Part shown: positions 62,770-64,000 of the stretch, in pieces | Layout: every line of letters starts with the position of its first letter | Position numbering within the stretch: the stretch's first letter is position 1 | NCBI GenBank assembly: GCA_044229975.1 | Contig: JBGARZ010000001.1 | Span: 128,001 to 192,000 of the forward strand | From: Polyangiales bacterium | Lineage (GTDB): Bacteria > Myxococcota_A > Polyangia > Polyangiales > Ga0077539 | Length of the DNA stretch: 64,000 bases | Reading direction: 5' to 3' | The notes under the pieces: model-generated | The model's database searches: none | Told to the model about the DNA's origin: nothing | What the model saw: the letters and a program-made list of their open reading frames with translations, nothing else | Position numbers and translations under genes: made by a program

Positions 62770-63243
62770 TCAGTCGGCTTCGGCGAGGAGCGACGAGATG
62801 TTGCTCGCGCGCTCGTCGGACAGGTGCAACCCGGCCTGGAGGAGTTCGAGGAACTCCTGCTCCTCATCGCCCACCTCCCCATCGAAGAGGACGAAGAGGG
62901 TCGCTAGCGCGAAGGCTTCTTCACGCGCCTCGATGTCATCGCCGATGGCCTTGGCGATGGCGCGCACGCGGGCCGGGATGCCTTCGGCCGCGATGCGGAG
63001 GATGAAGCCCTCGACGGTGCGAGCGAGCGCCTGGTTGTCGAGGTGCGTGAAGCCGGGTGTCGCGCGAATCTGCTCGGCGAGTTGATGGCTCTCGTCGGAC
63101 TCGAGCGAGCCATCGACGCAGGCCGCGATGGTCATCACCTCCAGGAGCGCCTCGGACGACCCGGGCGCCGGAGGAACGAGGCTCTCCCGGGGCTTCGCGA
63201 CGCGGGCGGCGTAGTGGTTGTGCTTCTTCTGGAACTTCGGCAT
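62770..63243 (-). CDS. TerB-family (tellurite resistance-like) protein
   Basis: A..DG.L...E and DGEV...E..FL..L..GL repeated motifs. Confidence 0.8.
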   Translation of the reverse strand: MPKFQKKHNHYAARVAKPRESLVPPAPGSSEALLEVMTIAACVDGSLESDESHQLAEQIRATPGFTHLDNQALARTVEGFILRIAAEGIPARVRAIAKAIGDDIEAREEAFALATLFVLFDGEVGDEEQEFLELLQAGLHLSDERASNISSLLAEAD

Positions 63244-63285
63244 CGGGCGCTCCGGGTTCGCGACCGTTCGGGCGGTCGCTGCGGC

Positions 63286-63294
63286 ACCATAACA
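63286..63294 (-). promoter_or_regulatory. Extended -10 element of the TerB-family gene
   Basis: Minus strand TG-T-TATGGT about 40 nt upstream of ATG 63243. Confidence 0.4.
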
Positions 63295-63399
63295 GACCTC
63301 TCCCGACGCGCGCGACGCCAACGATCGTGCGTTGCACGCGCCACGCGATGTGCGGTACCCGGTGCGGCCGTGATCGCTTCGTCCCACGGTCGGCCCGAC

Positions 63400-64000
63400 G
63401 TGCCTCCCCCGCCGCGGCTGCGCTGGGACGCCCTCACCGGGCGGTGGTGCCTGCTCGCCCCCAACCGGCGCGCGACCCCGCGGGACATGACCAGCCGGGT
63501 CGACCCGCTGCGCGACGCGAGCGCCTGCCCGTTCTGCCCGGGACACGAGGGCGACGCCGACCCGTCCACCGAAGAGCGCCTCGGCGCCGACGGCCGCTGG
63601 GTCGCGCGCGCCATCACCAACCGCTTCCCCATGATGGACCGACGCGGCGTCAGCGAGGTCACCCGGCGCGGACCCTTTCGTGAGCGCGACGCGACCGGCG
63701 AGCACGAGGTCATCGTGGAGACCACCGCCCACGACGCCGACCTGTCCGACCTCGACGCCGCGTCCCTCGCCGTCGTGCTCGACCTGCACCGCTCGCGTCA
63801 CCGCGCCCTCGCGGCGCGCCCCGACGCCGCCGCCGTGCTGCTCTTCAAGAACCGCGGGCCACGGTCTGGCGCGTCGCTCCGTCACCCGCACTCGCAGATC
63901 CTCACGTCACCCATCGTCCCGTCGGCGGTGCGCCGTCGCGACGCCGTCGCCGAGCGCCACTATCGCCGCGAAGGGTCGTCTCTTGTCGGGTGGCTCCTCG
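63400..64000 (+). CDS. galT: Galactose-1-phosphate uridylyltransferase family, partial (runs off the window; absent from the ORF track)
   Basis: LRWDALTGRW, CPFCPG, NRFP, GEHEVIVE and FKNRG..SGASLRHPHSQ. Start GTG at 63400 or 63370. Confidence 0.9.
   Translation, partial: MPPPPRLRWDALTGRWCLLAPNRRATPRDMTSRVDPLRDASACPFCPGHEGDADPSTEERLGADGRWVARAITNRFPMMDRRGVSEVTRRGPFRERDATGEHEVIVETTAHDADLSDLDAASLAVVLDLHRSRHRALAARPDAAAVLLFKNRGPRSGASLRHPHSQILTSPIVPSAVRRRDAVAERHYRREGSSLVGWLL

Overview
This is a very GC-rich (roughly 70%), densely coded bacterial window. Its gene content (many lipoproteins, Hanks-type kinases, an FHA regulator, a sigma54 activator, RCC1/vWA/Cys-rich surface proteins) is typical of Myxococcota, probably Polyangiales-like; the taxon is an inference. 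About 55 CDSs are supported. Housekeeping genes include serS, gltX, recD2, xseB, a family-4 UDG, pilD, tatA, pncB, a pccB-type carboxyltransferase, a fadA/fadN-type beta-oxidation pair, deoC, sixA and a partial galT. I found no rRNA, tRNA, CRISPR array or intact IS. The most notable observations are: (1) an Rpn-family nuclease gene with an internal SD+ATG that would produce a nested C-terminal antitoxin; (2) a DeoC with an N-terminal microcompartment-type encapsulation peptide; (3) a 530-bp non-coding cluster of long inverted repeats and GTAG-footed REP-like palindromes downstream of recD2; (4) a translationally coupled, uncharacterised operon (putative outer-membrane protein, disulfide-rich OmpA-like lipoprotein, JmjC oxygenase) behind a beta-propeller/di-haem lipoprotein; (5) a lipoprotein that appears to fuse PilN-like and PilP-like domains, coupled to an OmpA beta-barrel and followed by an RCC1/kinase/FHA-wHTH cassette; and (6) recurrent leaderless-type promoters. 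All family calls come from reading motifs by eye; no database search was run. Several start codons were re-chosen by hand.
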